Below are positions 26,705-36,758 of a DNA stretch of 64,000 bases, in pieces. The stretch comes from an uncultured Candidatus Saccharibacteria bacterium (GTDB lineage: Bacteria > Patescibacteriota > Saccharimonadia > Saccharimonadales > Saccharimonadaceae): positions 301 to 64,300 of the forward strand of contig CAMVRN010000006.1 in NCBI GenBank assembly GCA_947169915.1, read 5' to 3'. The notes beneath the pieces were generated by a model. That model saw only the letters and a list, made by a program, of their open reading frames with translations, made no database searches and had not been told where the DNA came from. Made by a program: the position numbers and the translations under genes. Every line of letters starts with the position of its first letter. Position 1 is the stretch's first letter.

Positions 26705-27241
26705 ATGAGCAAAAAAGCGAAATTATTATGGGTGGATTTGGAAATGACCGGGCTAGAACCGGAGAAAGACCGAATTCTCGAGGTGGCGGTGATTGCGACT
26801 GGCTGGGATTTAGAGCCAATTGCGAAGTATGAGGGAATTGTAAAAGTTGATGACAAATTGATTGAAGAAAGAATGGTGGGAGAATTTTGGGAGAAGAATA
26901 AAGAATCACATGATTCGCTAGTTTCCCAGAATAAAAATGGAAAAACCGTAGAAGAAATTCAAAAGGAAGTATTAGATTTTATTAAGGAATACTTTGGTGA
27001 TGAAGTAATTCTGGCGGGGAATTCAATTCATCAGGATAGAAAATTTATCGATAGGGAGATGCCTAAAGTTTCCGAAAAGCTGCATTACCGAATGCTTGAT
27101 GTAAGTGCTTGGAAGATTTATTTTGAGGGGGCGTTAGGAAAAAAATTCGCAAAGCCAGATTTGCACCGTGCGATGTCGGATATTAATGGTTCAATTGAGG
27201 AATTAAAATATTATCTAGGATTTATAAAAAATGGACGTTAG
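26705..27241 (+). CDS. orn: Oligoribonuclease (DEDDh)
   Basis: LLWVDLEMTGL, LAGNSIHQDRKF, HYRMLDVS and HRAMSDI motifs. Confidence 0.93.
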   Translation: MSKKAKLLWVDLEMTGLEPEKDRILEVAVIATGWDLEPIAKYEGIVKVDDKLIEERMVGEFWEKNKESHDSLVSQNKNGKTVEEIQKEVLDFIKEYFGDEVILAGNSIHQDRKFIDREMPKVSEKLHYRMLDVSAWKIYFEGALGKKFAKPDLHRAMSDINGSIEELKYYLGFIKNGR

Positions 27242-27545
27242 TAAGATTTCTGGGCTTGGGGAATTTGTCAGAATTGACGAGAAAATAGACGAAAACGATG
27301 CTAGAGAAGTCTATAAAATTTCCAGTGATGGAAAGGCTTTTCTGGTGGTAAATAAGCATACGATTGAAGTGAGAAGCGATTCTAGGCTTAAAAGCTTGCT
27401 AATCGAAAAATACGAGAGTGTGATGGAGAGTCGTTATTTTGGACGAGGCGGAATTGAGATAGTGACGGAGGGGAAGCAGATGAATGAGCAAGAAATAGAG
27501 GATTTGATTCGATTATCTTATAACCTGACAAAAACTGAAGAATAA
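27231..27545 (+). CDS. MmcQ/YjbR-like protein
   Basis: 104 aa; 'LIEKYESVM...EIEDLIRLSYNL' pattern recalled from YjbR. Confidence 0.6.
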   Translation: MDVSKISGLGEFVRIDEKIDENDAREVYKISSDGKAFLVVNKHTIEVRSDSRLKSLLIEKYESVMESRYFGRGGIEIVTEGKQMNEQEIEDLIRLSYNLTKTEE

Positions 27546-27569
27546 AAAATGCCCCTGAAGGGGCATTTT
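27546..27569. terminator. Bidirectional terminator
   Basis: AAAATGCCCC-tgaa-GGGGCATTTT. Confidence 0.85.
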
Positions 27570-27570
27570 C

Positions 27571-28092
27571 TTATTTCTTGTTCTTTTTGAGGAGGTCGCG
27601 GATTTCTTTGAGAAGTGCAGTTTGTTCGTCTTCGGTTTCTTTAGCTTCCTCTTCTTTCTTGTCCTCGTTCTTTTTGGCAAGGCGCTCTGCACGTTCGCGC
27701 ATCTTATTGAGAGAGCGAACCATTAAGAAGATGACGAAACCGATAATAAGGAAGTTTACGACTGCTTGAATGAAGTTGCCGTAGTTAATTGTTGCTGGTT
27801 CAACACCTGGGATGTATGCGGGAATTGTGACTTTAAGCGCGCTAAAGTCAAAGCCTCCGATTAGCATGGAAACGACTGGCATGACGACGTCGTTTACGAG
27901 AGAGGTAACGATGGCAGTAAATGCACCACCGATGATAATACCGACGGCTAAATCCATGACTGAACCGCGGTTGATGAATTCTTTGAATTCTTTAAGCACT
28001 TTAGGCTCCTTTTTCTTTAATTTATTATTAAAATCGGCTTGTTTTTCACCGACTTCTTTAAGTTTAGACTTCGCATCCTCTAATTTACTCAT
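27571..28092 (-). CDS. mscL: Large-conductance mechanosensitive channel
   Basis: EFKEFINRGSVMDLAVGIIIGGAFTAIVTSLVNDVVMP, INYGNFI and LLKEIRDLL motifs; start reassigned to MSKLED. Confidence 0.95.
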   Translation of the reverse strand: MSKLEDAKSKLKEVGEKQADFNNKLKKKEPKVLKEFKEFINRGSVMDLAVGIIIGGAFTAIVTSLVNDVVMPVVSMLIGGFDFSALKVTIPAYIPGVEPATINYGNFIQAVVNFLIIGFVIFLMVRSLNKMRERAERLAKKNEDKKEEEAKETEDEQTALLKEIRDLLKKNKK

Positions 28093-28115
28093 GAGGTAAT
28101 TATAACACAAAAAGA

Positions 28116-28724
28116 TTAATCGGCTTCAGAGAATGTGTGAAGTGTATCACTGAGGTGAGCGAGCGACTTATAGGACGAGTCTAGGAATTCGTAAACTTTG
28201 CCGTTTTCTGGGACTTTCTTAGCGGCGGCTTGTTCGAGGATAAGGAAGAACTCAATTTGATAGTAAAACTCTGAGGCGAAGCGTCGGTCGAGAATGCCGT
28301 TTAGACGAGCTTTTTCGAGCGATGCGTTGAGCTCTTCAATGAGTTTTGCGTCGCTGTCGGAAGGACTGTTTGCTGGCTTTGTTTCATATTCGGATTCTAG
28401 GAGTGATTCTGAAGATGATTTTGCATTCGCGAGAAGAGTCGAGAGAGAGGCGGCGGATGAACGAAGGGAAGAGGATTTTATATCATCCATGTATTCGGAA
28501 ACTGTTTCTTCGAGTGCGGTTGCACGTTGATAGATGTTATTGAGCTCGTCGGCGGCAGTTGGTTCTGGAGATGAAGACATGGTTATCATGAGAATGATAG
28601 AAATAAGGAAGACAGCACCGAGTATAATGGCGATGATTTTAGTCTTTTTGTCGAAGAATCCGCCAGCTTTTTGTGATGGTTGAACCTTGGCAGAAATCTG
28701 ATTAAGATAATCTAAATCGTTCAT
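28116..28724 (-). CDS. Hypothetical single-pass membrane protein with a helical domain
   Basis: 202 aa with one TM segment; TGaTACACT 6 nt before the ATG. Confidence 0.75.
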   Translation of the reverse strand: MNDLDYLNQISAKVQPSQKAGGFFDKKTKIIAIILGAVFLISIILMITMSSSPEPTAADELNNIYQRATALEETVSEYMDDIKSSSLRSSAASLSTLLANAKSSSESLLESEYETKPANSPSDSDAKLIEELNASLEKARLNGILDRRFASEFYYQIEFFLILEQAAAKKVPENGKVYEFLDSSYKSLAHLSDTLHTFSEAD

Positions 28725-28762
28725 GTTTTAAGTGTATCATAAAAAAATGATATACTGAAGAT

Positions 28763-30391
28763 ATGAATGACGCGAAGGAGGAAATTAAATCTCGACTTCC
28801 GATTGAGGATGTGATTTCTCAGTATGTCGAGCTTAAAAGGGCGGGCAGGACGCTGAAAGGTCGGTCTCCGTGGGGTGTTGATAAGACTCCTTCGTTTATG
28901 GTGAGTCCGGAAAAGGGGATATGGCACGATTTCTCTGCAAACAAAGGCGGAGATATTTTTACCTTTATTATGGAGGTTGAGGGGATTAGTTTTAAGGAAG
29001 CGCTTGAAAAGTTGGCAGCGCAGGCGGGGGTCGATATTTCTCGTTATGCAGGTAGTGATGCACAAATTACGCGAAAGAAGGCGAGGGCGCGAGAAGCGTT
29101 GGAATTAGCAACCAAGTATTATCAATTTTGTTTGTCTAAAAGTAAAACCGTGTCTGAGTACGTTTTTTATAAGCGGAACATGAATCGCGCAACGGTTAAG
29201 GAATTCAGGATTGGATACTCGCCAAAGAATGGGAGAGCCCTAAAAGATTTTCTGATGGGGAGAGGTTTTTCTGAGCGCGAGCTAAGCGATGCGGGTCTTC
29301 TTAATAGATTCAATGGTGATATGTTTAGAGGGAGGATGATGGTGCCGTTTATTGACACCACGGGTAATGTAATTGGTTATACGGCACGCGTATTAGATAA
29401 GAGTGAACCAAAATATTTGAACACACAAGATACGATTTTATTCAATAAGAGTCGATTTATTTTTGGACTTGCGCAGGCAAAGGAATCGATTCGAAAAAAT
29501 GGATTTGTAGTGATTGTCGAAGGGAACATGGATGTCATTTCTAGCCATCAAGCTGGAGTAAAAGAGGCGGTGGCGACAAGTGGAACGGCAATGACCGAGC
29601 AACATTTGAAAACCCTCTCAAGACTTACGAGCGATATTCGATTGGCGTATGACGGAGATGGTGCAGGGGTGAGAGCGGCGGAAAGGGCAATTATGATGGC
29701 CGGTGATTTGGGGTTGAATATGACAGTTATTTCTGATTATCAGGGGGCAAAAGACCCAGATGAATTAATTCAGAGAGGTCCAGAATTATGGCAAAAGGCT
29801 GTAGAAGACAGAAAACCGGCGGTTGAGTGGTTACTTGATAAATACGAAGAAAAACTCGATTTAGCTACGGCTTTTGGGAAGCGTGAATATTCTGATGTGG
29901 CACTGAAAATGCTTGAATATGTGAAAGATAAAATTGAACGAGCTCACTATGAAGAAATTGTTGCCAGAAGACTAGGCGTTTCTCGTGAGGATTTGCGCGG
30001 AAAGGAAGATGACCTAGCGCAGAAATTGAGAGATAAGCCGAAAAGACGATTGAAGAAAGCGAAGACGGAGGGGAAGAGCGACGCTCTTATGGCGTTAGAA
30101 GATAACTTGCTATCGATAATGATTTATGGAGGCATAGAAGGGCCGAGTGAGATTGAGATACCTGAGGACGAGACTAAGCTTTCGGAACTTGAGTTGGTTT
30201 TCGATAGTAGATATAAGAACTATAGCCAGAAGGACCTCGCGCAGGAAGCAAAGATTCTGTATGCTCGAATTAAGAAGGAAATAAACAAGACTGAGATTCA
30301 GAGGTTAATGGACAAGCTCAATGATGAAGGCCTCGATGATGAGGGGAGGAAAGAGATTTTAAGGAGAATTACTGAGCTCCAAAAAACTTGA
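28763..30391 (+). CDS. dnaG: DNA primase
   Basis: KTPSF..WHDF N-terminus, KYLNT, TOPRIM VEGNMDVI and LAYDGDGAG motifs. Confidence 0.96.
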   Translation: MNDAKEEIKSRLPIEDVISQYVELKRAGRTLKGRSPWGVDKTPSFMVSPEKGIWHDFSANKGGDIFTFIMEVEGISFKEALEKLAAQAGVDISRYAGSDAQITRKKARAREALELATKYYQFCLSKSKTVSEYVFYKRNMNRATVKEFRIGYSPKNGRALKDFLMGRGFSERELSDAGLLNRFNGDMFRGRMMVPFIDTTGNVIGYTARVLDKSEPKYLNTQDTILFNKSRFIFGLAQAKESIRKNGFVVIVEGNMDVISSHQAGVKEAVATSGTAMTEQHLKTLSRLTSDIRLAYDGDGAGVRAAERAIMMAGDLGLNMTVISDYQGAKDPDELIQRGPELWQKAVEDRKPAVEWLLDKYEEKLDLATAFGKREYSDVALKMLEYVKDKIERAHYEEIVARRLGVSREDLRGKEDDLAQKLRDKPKRRLKKAKTEGKSDALMALEDNLLSIMIYGGIEGPSEIEIPEDETKLSELELVFDSRYKNYSQKDLAQEAKILYARIKKEINKTEIQRLMDKLNDEGLDDEGRKEILRRITELQKT

Positions 30392-30423
30392 TTTTTTCTT
30401 AAGTAGCGTCTATAATTCACGTA

Positions 30424-31380
30424 ATGGATCAGGATAAAGAAGACTTAGTCCTCGAGCCGATGGAGCCCGACGCACTCGATCTAGCGGACGAGGAGGAACT
30501 TTCTGACGAAGACCTTGAGATAACGGTTGATAATGTTGATGCATTTGCGGATGATTCCGTAAGGCTTTATTTACGTGAAATTGGCAAAATTCCACTTCTA
30601 ACCACAGAAGAAGAAGCTGAGCTTGCAAAGAAAGTTGTTGAGGGCGACAAAAAAGCCAAAGACAAAATGGTTGAGGCTAACATGCGCCTCGTCGTTTCGA
30701 TTGCGAAGAGATACTCAGGTCGCGGACTTGATTTTTTGGATTTAATTCAAGAAGGAAATACGGGATTACTTCGTGCAGTTGAAAAGTTTGACCCGGAAAA
30801 AGGATTTAAGTTCTCTACTTATGCTACTTGGTGGATTCGCCAGGCGATTACGCGTGCGATTGCTGACCAGGCAAGAACGATTCGTATTCCTGTACATATG
30901 GTAGAAACTATCAATAAGGTTCTGCGAACAACTAGAAAATTAACGACTGATTTAAATCGCGAGCCGACCATCGAGGAAATTGCAAAAGAACTCGACATGG
31001 AAATTGACAAGGTTGAGTACGTGATGAGAATTAAACAGGATATAGCATCGCTTGATGCAAGTGTTGGGCGTGATGGCGATGACGAGGATTCTGTGCTAGG
31101 AGACTTTGTTGAAGACGAGGAGCGCATTTCTCCAGAAGATTCGGCTGCGAATCAAATCTTGAAGGAGCAACTCGCATCTATCATCTCTACTCTTTCTGAT
31201 AGGGAACAGAAGATTATCAAGATGCGTTTTGGAATCGGTGGGGAAAGGCCTCATACTTTGGAGGAAGTTGGTTACGAGTTTTCCGTTACTAGGGAAAGGA
31301 TTCGTCAAATCGAAGCGAAGGCTTTGTCAAAACTTCGTAAACATAAAGACACAAAAAAGTTACACGAATATTTAAGGTAG
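30424..31380 (+). CDS. rpoD: Primary sigma70 factor, short form without region 1.1
   Basis: [39 protein letters not shown] and TRERIRQIE motifs. Confidence 0.96.
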   Translation: MDQDKEDLVLEPMEPDALDLADEEELSDEDLEITVDNVDAFADDSVRLYLREIGKIPLLTTEEEAELAKKVVEGDKKAKDKMVEANMRLVVSIAKRYSGRGLDFLDLIQEGNTGLLRAVEKFDPEKGFKFSTYATWWIRQAITRAIADQARTIRIPVHMVETINKVLRTTRKLTTDLNREPTIEEIAKELDMEIDKVEYVMRIKQDIASLDASVGRDGDDEDSVLGDFVEDEERISPEDSAANQILKEQLASIISTLSDREQKIIKMRFGIGGERPHTLEEVGYEFSVTRERIRQIEAKALSKLRKHKDTKKLHEYLR

Positions 31381-31389
31381 GAGGTAAAA

Positions 31390-31788
31390 ATGAAAAAAGT
31401 TCTTACGCGTTTGGCTGCGATACTTATGTCAGTTTCAATGGTTTTTGCGGTACCGGCAATAGTATATGCGGAAGAGGGGGGTGGCACCGGGACTGGTGGT
31501 GGTAGCTCAAGCGAGTGCGTGAAGACTGCTATGTTTGGTGCTGGTGGGGAGTATTGTGATGGCGTTTGGGGAGTTTTAGCGATTGCGTTGAATGTTATGT
31601 TAGTGGTTGCTGGTGCGGGTGGTATTATTGGGATTATCGTATCTGGTATTCAATACGCGACGGCGTCTGGTGAACCTGGCCAGATTATGAAGGCGAAAAA
31701 ACGCATATACGAGATTGTGATTGGAATTGTTGCACTCGGCTTGATGTGGGTATTCTTACAGTGGCTCATTCCTGGTGGGGTCCTGTAG
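31390..31788 (+). CDS. TrbC/VirB2-like (CPR-type) pilin
   Basis: Signal peptide, Gly-rich linker, two TM segments with 'IIVSGIQYATASGEPGQIMKAKKRI..IVIG'. Confidence 0.7.
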   Translation: MKKVLTRLAAILMSVSMVFAVPAIVYAEEGGGTGTGGGSSSECVKTAMFGAGGEYCDGVWGVLAIALNVMLVVAGAGGIIGIIVSGIQYATASGEPGQIMKAKKRIYEIVIGIVALGLMWVFLQWLIPGGVL

Positions 31789-31807
31789 AAAATAGGCGAG
31801 ACTTCTT

Positions 31808-32725
31808 ATGAAAAGAATCATAATAGTTTATAGCCCGCGTTCGGCTAGATTTTCTGAAGTTCGACGGAAGGTAATTGAGAAATCTCGTGAGCTTAAGGGT
31901 TGGATGGTTTTGAAATTCGAAGTTGAAGAAGCACCGCTTAGAGAGAATTCGAAAAGACTTGCAAAGATAATAAAGAAGGATGACTTGATTTTGTCGGCGG
32001 GAGGTGATGGAACTGCGGCGATGTCGATGAATGCAATTATCGAGTCTGGGAGAATTGCGACGCTTGGCGTGATGCCCTTCGGGAATTTTAATGATTATGT
32101 TGAGACGCTTGGCAAGATGACGTTTGATAGAATCATTCGGAAATTCGAGGAAGGGAAATATAAGGAGTTTTATCCGCTTGATGCGATAGTCGATGGCGAG
32201 CATTTGATGTATTCAGGCGCGTATTTTACGATTGGGATGATGGCGGAAGCAACGTGGCTATTTAAGGAAAATAAGGTAAGAAGAAAACTGGTTAAGGCGA
32301 GAAACAGATTGTTCTTTTCTGCAAGAAAACTGTTTGGATGGTATGTGCGAAACAAAAGAAGAAAAGATTTTTTGCCAAGTGATATGTACGTGAATGATGT
32401 CCAGGTCGAAAAGAATACGACCGACTACATTGCGATTAACGGAAAGAGTGTTGCGAGTGTCGTACCGTGTATAGGATGGTGGAGGGATCCAGAAGTATTC
32501 TGGAGCGGGACGATGAGGAATAGAAGTTTAATGAGGATGTTTGGGAAGTTTTTGAAATCACAGGAAGGGAAACTTCCGGGAAATGAATCGAAGAGCGACT
32601 TGATAAGGTTTAAGACAGTGGCGAATGTCTATATGCATGCGGATGGGGAAGGTAAAGAGCTTTCTGGGGTGCTTGAAATAGAAATAAAAAAGGCGAGGAA
32701 TGGTTTGCGGGTAATAGAAGCATAG
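31808..32725 (+). CDS. Diacylglycerol kinase-family protein
   Basis: IIIVYSPRS, SAGGDGT, LGVMPFGNFND and HADGE motifs. Confidence 0.8.
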   Translation: MKRIIIVYSPRSARFSEVRRKVIEKSRELKGWMVLKFEVEEAPLRENSKRLAKIIKKDDLILSAGGDGTAAMSMNAIIESGRIATLGVMPFGNFNDYVETLGKMTFDRIIRKFEEGKYKEFYPLDAIVDGEHLMYSGAYFTIGMMAEATWLFKENKVRRKLVKARNRLFFSARKLFGWYVRNKRRKDFLPSDMYVNDVQVEKNTTDYIAINGKSVASVVPCIGWWRDPEVFWSGTMRNRSLMRMFGKFLKSQEGKLPGNESKSDLIRFKTVANVYMHADGEGKELSGVLEIEIKKARNGLRVIEA

Positions 32726-32760
32726 AGTATAATTAGAGAAAAATAAAGGAGGTTAAAGAC

Positions 32761-33339
32761 ATGGCGAAAGAAGAACGAGACGTGAAAATTCTCGCATTAG
32801 TAGGAATGAGCGGGAGCGGAAAATCTGTCGCCGTGGACCATTTAACGAGTTTAGGATATCCCAAGGTATATTTTGGCGGGATGATTTATAAAGAAATGGA
32901 ACGACGCGGAATTGAGAGAACGCCGGACGGTGAGAGCGAAAAGAAATTCCGAGAGATGATTCGCGAAACAGAGGGTAAGGATTGGGTAGTTAAGCAAGTT
33001 ATAGAAGAGACTAAGAGATTGATTGAAGCGGGGCAGAAACGTATAGTGCTTGATGGAGTATACTCTTGGACGGAGTATGTGACGTTAAAAAAGGAGTTTC
33101 CTGGAGAATTAATCTTCGTTGCAATTGTTGTGCCGAAAAAGTTACGTTATAAACGAGTTGCGGAAAGACCGGAGAGACCGTTTAACCGTAATGAAATTAT
33201 GGAGAGGGATAGGTCAGAGATTGAAAATCTTGAAAAAGGCGGACCAATCGCCATGGCGGATTATTATATTTTGAATGATGGGACAATTGAGGAAGAGAAT
33301 CAGAAAATGGACGAGATTTTGAAGGAAGTGGAGTTCTAA
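32761..33339 (+). CDS. P-loop nucleotide kinase, dephospho-CoA kinase-like
   Basis: ALVGMSGSGKS, VLDGVYS, LRYKRVAER; directly upstream of polA and near mutM, as in polA-mutM-coaE clusters. Confidence 0.65.
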   Translation: MAKEERDVKILALVGMSGSGKSVAVDHLTSLGYPKVYFGGMIYKEMERRGIERTPDGESEKKFREMIRETEGKDWVVKQVIEETKRLIEAGQKRIVLDGVYSWTEYVTLKKEFPGELIFVAIVVPKKLRYKRVAERPERPFNRNEIMERDRSEIENLEKGGPIAMADYYILNDGTIEEENQKMDEILKEVEF

Positions 33340-35745
33340 ATGAAGAGACTAGTCGTTATTGATGGTAAATCTGTATTCTATCGCGGTTATTATGCGATGG
33401 GTGCGCTCAGTACGAGCGCGGGAACGCCAACGGGTGGCGTTTATGGGTTTGCCGCAATTGCGATGGAGTTAGTTAAGAAACTTGAGCCAAATAAAGTGGT
33501 GGTTGCTTGGGATAAGGCAAAGACTTCAACTTCGAAACGAACCGCTATTTATGCGGATTATAAAGCTGGGCGCGTGAAACCGCCGGAAGATTTTTACGCA
33601 CAGATACCACTACTGAGGAAGCTTGTTGATGCGCTTGAGTGGGAATTTTTAGAATACGATGGCTATGAGGCTGATGATATTATAGGAAGTTTAGGGCGTG
33701 CCATTGATGAAGAAGTAGGTTGGGAGATGTACATTATTTCTTCAGACTTGGATATGTTGCAGGTGGTAGACGAGAACGTAAAGATGTATCGGCTTCTCAA
33801 GGGGTTTACCGAACTTGAAGAAATAGACGTTTCTGCGGTTGAGGTAAAGTATGGAATAAAGAAAGAACAATTTCTTGACCTTAAGGCGCTTAAGGGTGAT
33901 TCTTCAGACAATATTCCAGGGGTTCCAGGAATCGGGGAAAAGGGCGCAGTGAAGCTATTGAATCAATACGGGACGCTTGATGGTATTTATGAACATCTTG
34001 ATGAGATTCCGGGTGCAACTGGAGAAAAATTGAGGAACGGACGAGAATCCGCGTATATGAGTTATCAACTTGCGAAGATTGATACAACTGCGCCTGTTGA
34101 ACTTGATAAAATACGGGATTTAGAGATTGATTCTGAACAAATTACTGGTGCGCTTAAAGAGTTGGAGTTTAACAGTTTAATTCGGAAGTTTAATAAATGG
34201 AAAGAGGAGGGGAATATTAAGGAAGCGCAGGGGTCGGATGGCGAATTAAGCGCGGTCGAAAAGCCTGACAAAGTGGGTGGTTCTGACGATGAATTGCCTG
34301 ATGGCGTGATTTTCAGTTTTGACATTAAAGAATTAATGCATCGCGATAAGGATATCGCGAAGAAAATCTTGAATGGGTCGGAGTATTATGATTTGGGGCA
34401 AGGACGATTTTTATTAAACCCTCTTGAAAGAAAGGTTGAAGAGAACAACGGGCTGTTGTTTGTCGACGATTTGGACGAAATGAAACGTGAATATAATCGA
34501 CAGAAGAGGGAATTCAAGAAATATCCAAAACTTCGGAAGGTCTTTAATGAGCTCGATATGCCGCTTGTGCCGGTTCTGTATAAGATTGAAGAAAAGGGAA
34601 TGAAAATTGATGTGAATTATTTTGAGAAACTTCGTGTAGAGTATGAAGGATATGTCGGAAGACTTGCGACGGAAGTTTATATGGCGGCTGGTCAAGAATT
34701 TAATATAAATTCTCCTTTGCAGCTTTCAGAAATACTATTTGAGAAGTTGGGACTTCCTATAAAGGGAATTAAGAAAACTCAGAGAGGCTATTCAACGGGA
34801 GCGAAGGAGCTGGATAAACTTAAAAACCTGCATCCGATTATTCTAAAGCTTATGGAATACCGAGAGGCATCAAAACTTTTGTCAACATATATTTTACCAT
34901 TACCCCAACTAGCAGATAAAAATATGAGAGTGCATACGACATTCACTCAGAATGTGACGGCGACCGGAAGGTTATCTAGTTTAAATCCAAATCTTCAGAA
35001 TATTCCAACGAGGACGGAAGAAGGAAAGAAGATTCGCGGTGGGTTTGTGGTTGATGAAGGCAAGGTTCTTATTTCCGCGGACTATGCGCAATTCGAGCTT
35101 CGTCTTGCGGCGGCTCTATCGGGTGATAAAAAATTAATTGAAGATTTTAATAATGGGGTTGATATTCATACAAAAACTGCTGCGGAAGTATATGGCGTGA
35201 CGATGGATGCGGTAACAAAGGACCAAAGAAGGACGGCCAAAGTAGTTAACTTTGGTATCATTTATGGAATGAGTGCAAAAGGCCTTTCGGACGCGACTGG
35301 TATGTCGATTTTAGAGTCAAAAGAATTTGTCGAGCATTATTTTGAGTTAAGAAAGCCGATTCAGAATAAGTTAAATGAATACTTGGAGCAAGCTAGAACT
35401 CGCGGGTATGTCGAAACTTATTTTGGACGTAGACGTCCAACGCCGGATGTGAAGAGTGCCAATTTCATAGTTCGGACGGGTGCGGAGAGAGCAGCTCAAA
35501 ATATGCCCATCCAAGGAACAGAGGCCGATTTAATGAAGCTCGCAATGATTCGGTTAGATAAGGAACTTCCGAGCGGAGCGGATATGATTATGCAGGTACA
35601 TGATTCAATCATGGTTGAGTGCGATAAGGACAAAGTTGAAGAAGTAAAGAAGATACTGAAGCGTGTGATGGAAGGTGTTGCACCGGAGCTTGAAGTGAAG
35701 TTGGCAGTTGACGTAGAAGAGGGCGCGAGATGGAGCGAAGTTTAG
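33340..35745 (+). CDS. polA: DNA polymerase I (5'-3' exonuclease plus polymerase; 3'-5' exonuclease region shrunken)
   Basis: LVVIDGKS, EADDIIGS, GDSSDNIPGVPGIG, TATGRLSS, ADYAQFELR, AKVVNFGIIYG and QVHDSIMVE motifs. Confidence 0.97.
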   Translation: MKRLVVIDGKSVFYRGYYAMGALSTSAGTPTGGVYGFAAIAMELVKKLEPNKVVVAWDKAKTSTSKRTAIYADYKAGRVKPPEDFYAQIPLLRKLVDALEWEFLEYDGYEADDIIGSLGRAIDEEVGWEMYIISSDLDMLQVVDENVKMYRLLKGFTELEEIDVSAVEVKYGIKKEQFLDLKALKGDSSDNIPGVPGIGEKGAVKLLNQYGTLDGIYEHLDEIPGATGEKLRNGRESAYMSYQLAKIDTTAPVELDKIRDLEIDSEQITGALKELEFNSLIRKFNKWKEEGNIKEAQGSDGELSAVEKPDKVGGSDDELPDGVIFSFDIKELMHRDKDIAKKILNGSEYYDLGQGRFLLNPLERKVEENNGLLFVDDLDEMKREYNRQKREFKKYPKLRKVFNELDMPLVPVLYKIEEKGMKIDVNYFEKLRVEYEGYVGRLATEVYMAAGQEFNINSPLQLSEILFEKLGLPIKGIKKTQRGYSTGAKELDKLKNLHPIILKLMEYREASKLLSTYILPLPQLADKNMRVHTTFTQNVTATGRLSSLNPNLQNIPTRTEEGKKIRGGFVVDEGKVLISADYAQFELRLAAALSGDKKLIEDFNNGVDIHTKTAAEVYGVTMDAVTKDQRRTAKVVNFGIIYGMSAKGLSDATGMSILESKEFVEHYFELRKPIQNKLNEYLEQARTRGYVETYFGRRRPTPDVKSANFIVRTGAERAAQNMPIQGTEADLMKLAMIRLDKELPSGADMIMQVHDSIMVECDKDKVEEVKKILKRVMEGVAPELEVKLAVDVEEGARWSEV

Positions 35746-36707
35746 AGATTTATAAGGTTGAGAAGGGTGAAGTGATTTTTGATATTGACCAGAAAAAAGA
35801 GACCGTTTGGGCAACTCAGGATGAAATTGCAAAATTGTTTGATGTAGATAGGACGGTAGTAGGACGGCACCTTAGAAATATATATAATGACGAGGAGCTA
35901 GATGAAAGTCGAACATGTGCAAAAAATGCACAAGTTCAGGTTGAAGGGACGAGGCAGGTAGTTCGCCAAGTTAAGAAATATAATCTTGATGCGATTATTT
36001 CTGTTGGATATAGAGTTAACTCGAAGAAGGCAACAAAGTTTCGAGTCTGGGCTACTAGTGTGCTTAAAAAGTATGTCGTAGATGGCGTGGCGGTTAATGA
36101 ACGCCGAGTTAAAGAGTTGCCAAGTAAGAAGTTGGAGCAACTTGAGGCGACGCTTTCGGTCGTGCAGAGGTTAATGGTTAAAACGGAGCTTCAGGAAGAG
36201 GAGGCTAAGGGAATACTTGAGGTGATTTCTAGGTATGGCCGTTCGATTGAGACGATAAAAGAGTATGACAGTGGGTTTATTTCGCCAGTTTTCAAGAAGG
36301 CTGGTACGATTCGGAAGCAATTAACAATTGGAGATGTTCGTAATCTTGTCGATAATTTGAGAGAGCAGTTGAATGAGGCAGATAGTTTTGGTGAGTTTGT
36401 CAATGAAGCAACGTTTGAACGCTTTTTAAACGCTCTTTCTACGGATGAAATGGGAAAAGGCGTTGCAGAGAAAGCGACAAGATTGTTATATTTTATTGTT
36501 CATTCGGAACCATTTAAGGAAGGAAATCGGCAAATTGGAGCACTTGTCTTTATTTATTTCTTGACTGTAAATGACTTTCAGCTTTCGGAAAATGGAGAGA
36601 CAAAGATTTCGGATAGGGCGCTTACTGCAATAGTTTTATTGATGGCAGAGAGTGAACTGAGCGAGAAAGAGCTGATTATTGAGTTGGTAGTTAAGCTGCT
36701 CGTTTAG
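35730..36707 (+). CDS. RhuM-like plus Fic/DOC fusion protein with a degenerate Fic motif
   Basis: ETVWATQDEIAKLF, YNLDAIISVGYRVNS, ATKFRVWAT (RhuM); C-terminal EPFKEGNRQIG in place of HPFxDGNKR. Confidence 0.85.
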   Translation: MERSLEIYKVEKGEVIFDIDQKKETVWATQDEIAKLFDVDRTVVGRHLRNIYNDEELDESRTCAKNAQVQVEGTRQVVRQVKKYNLDAIISVGYRVNSKKATKFRVWATSVLKKYVVDGVAVNERRVKELPSKKLEQLEATLSVVQRLMVKTELQEEEAKGILEVISRYGRSIETIKEYDSGFISPVFKKAGTIRKQLTIGDVRNLVDNLREQLNEADSFGEFVNEATFERFLNALSTDEMGKGVAEKATRLLYFIVHSEPFKEGNRQIGALVFIYFLTVNDFQLSENGETKISDRALTAIVLLMAESELSEKELIIELVVKLLV

Positions 36708-36758
36708 GCGAGAAGCACTCTTTTATTTTGCTTAAGATTATTATAAAATGGAAGCATT

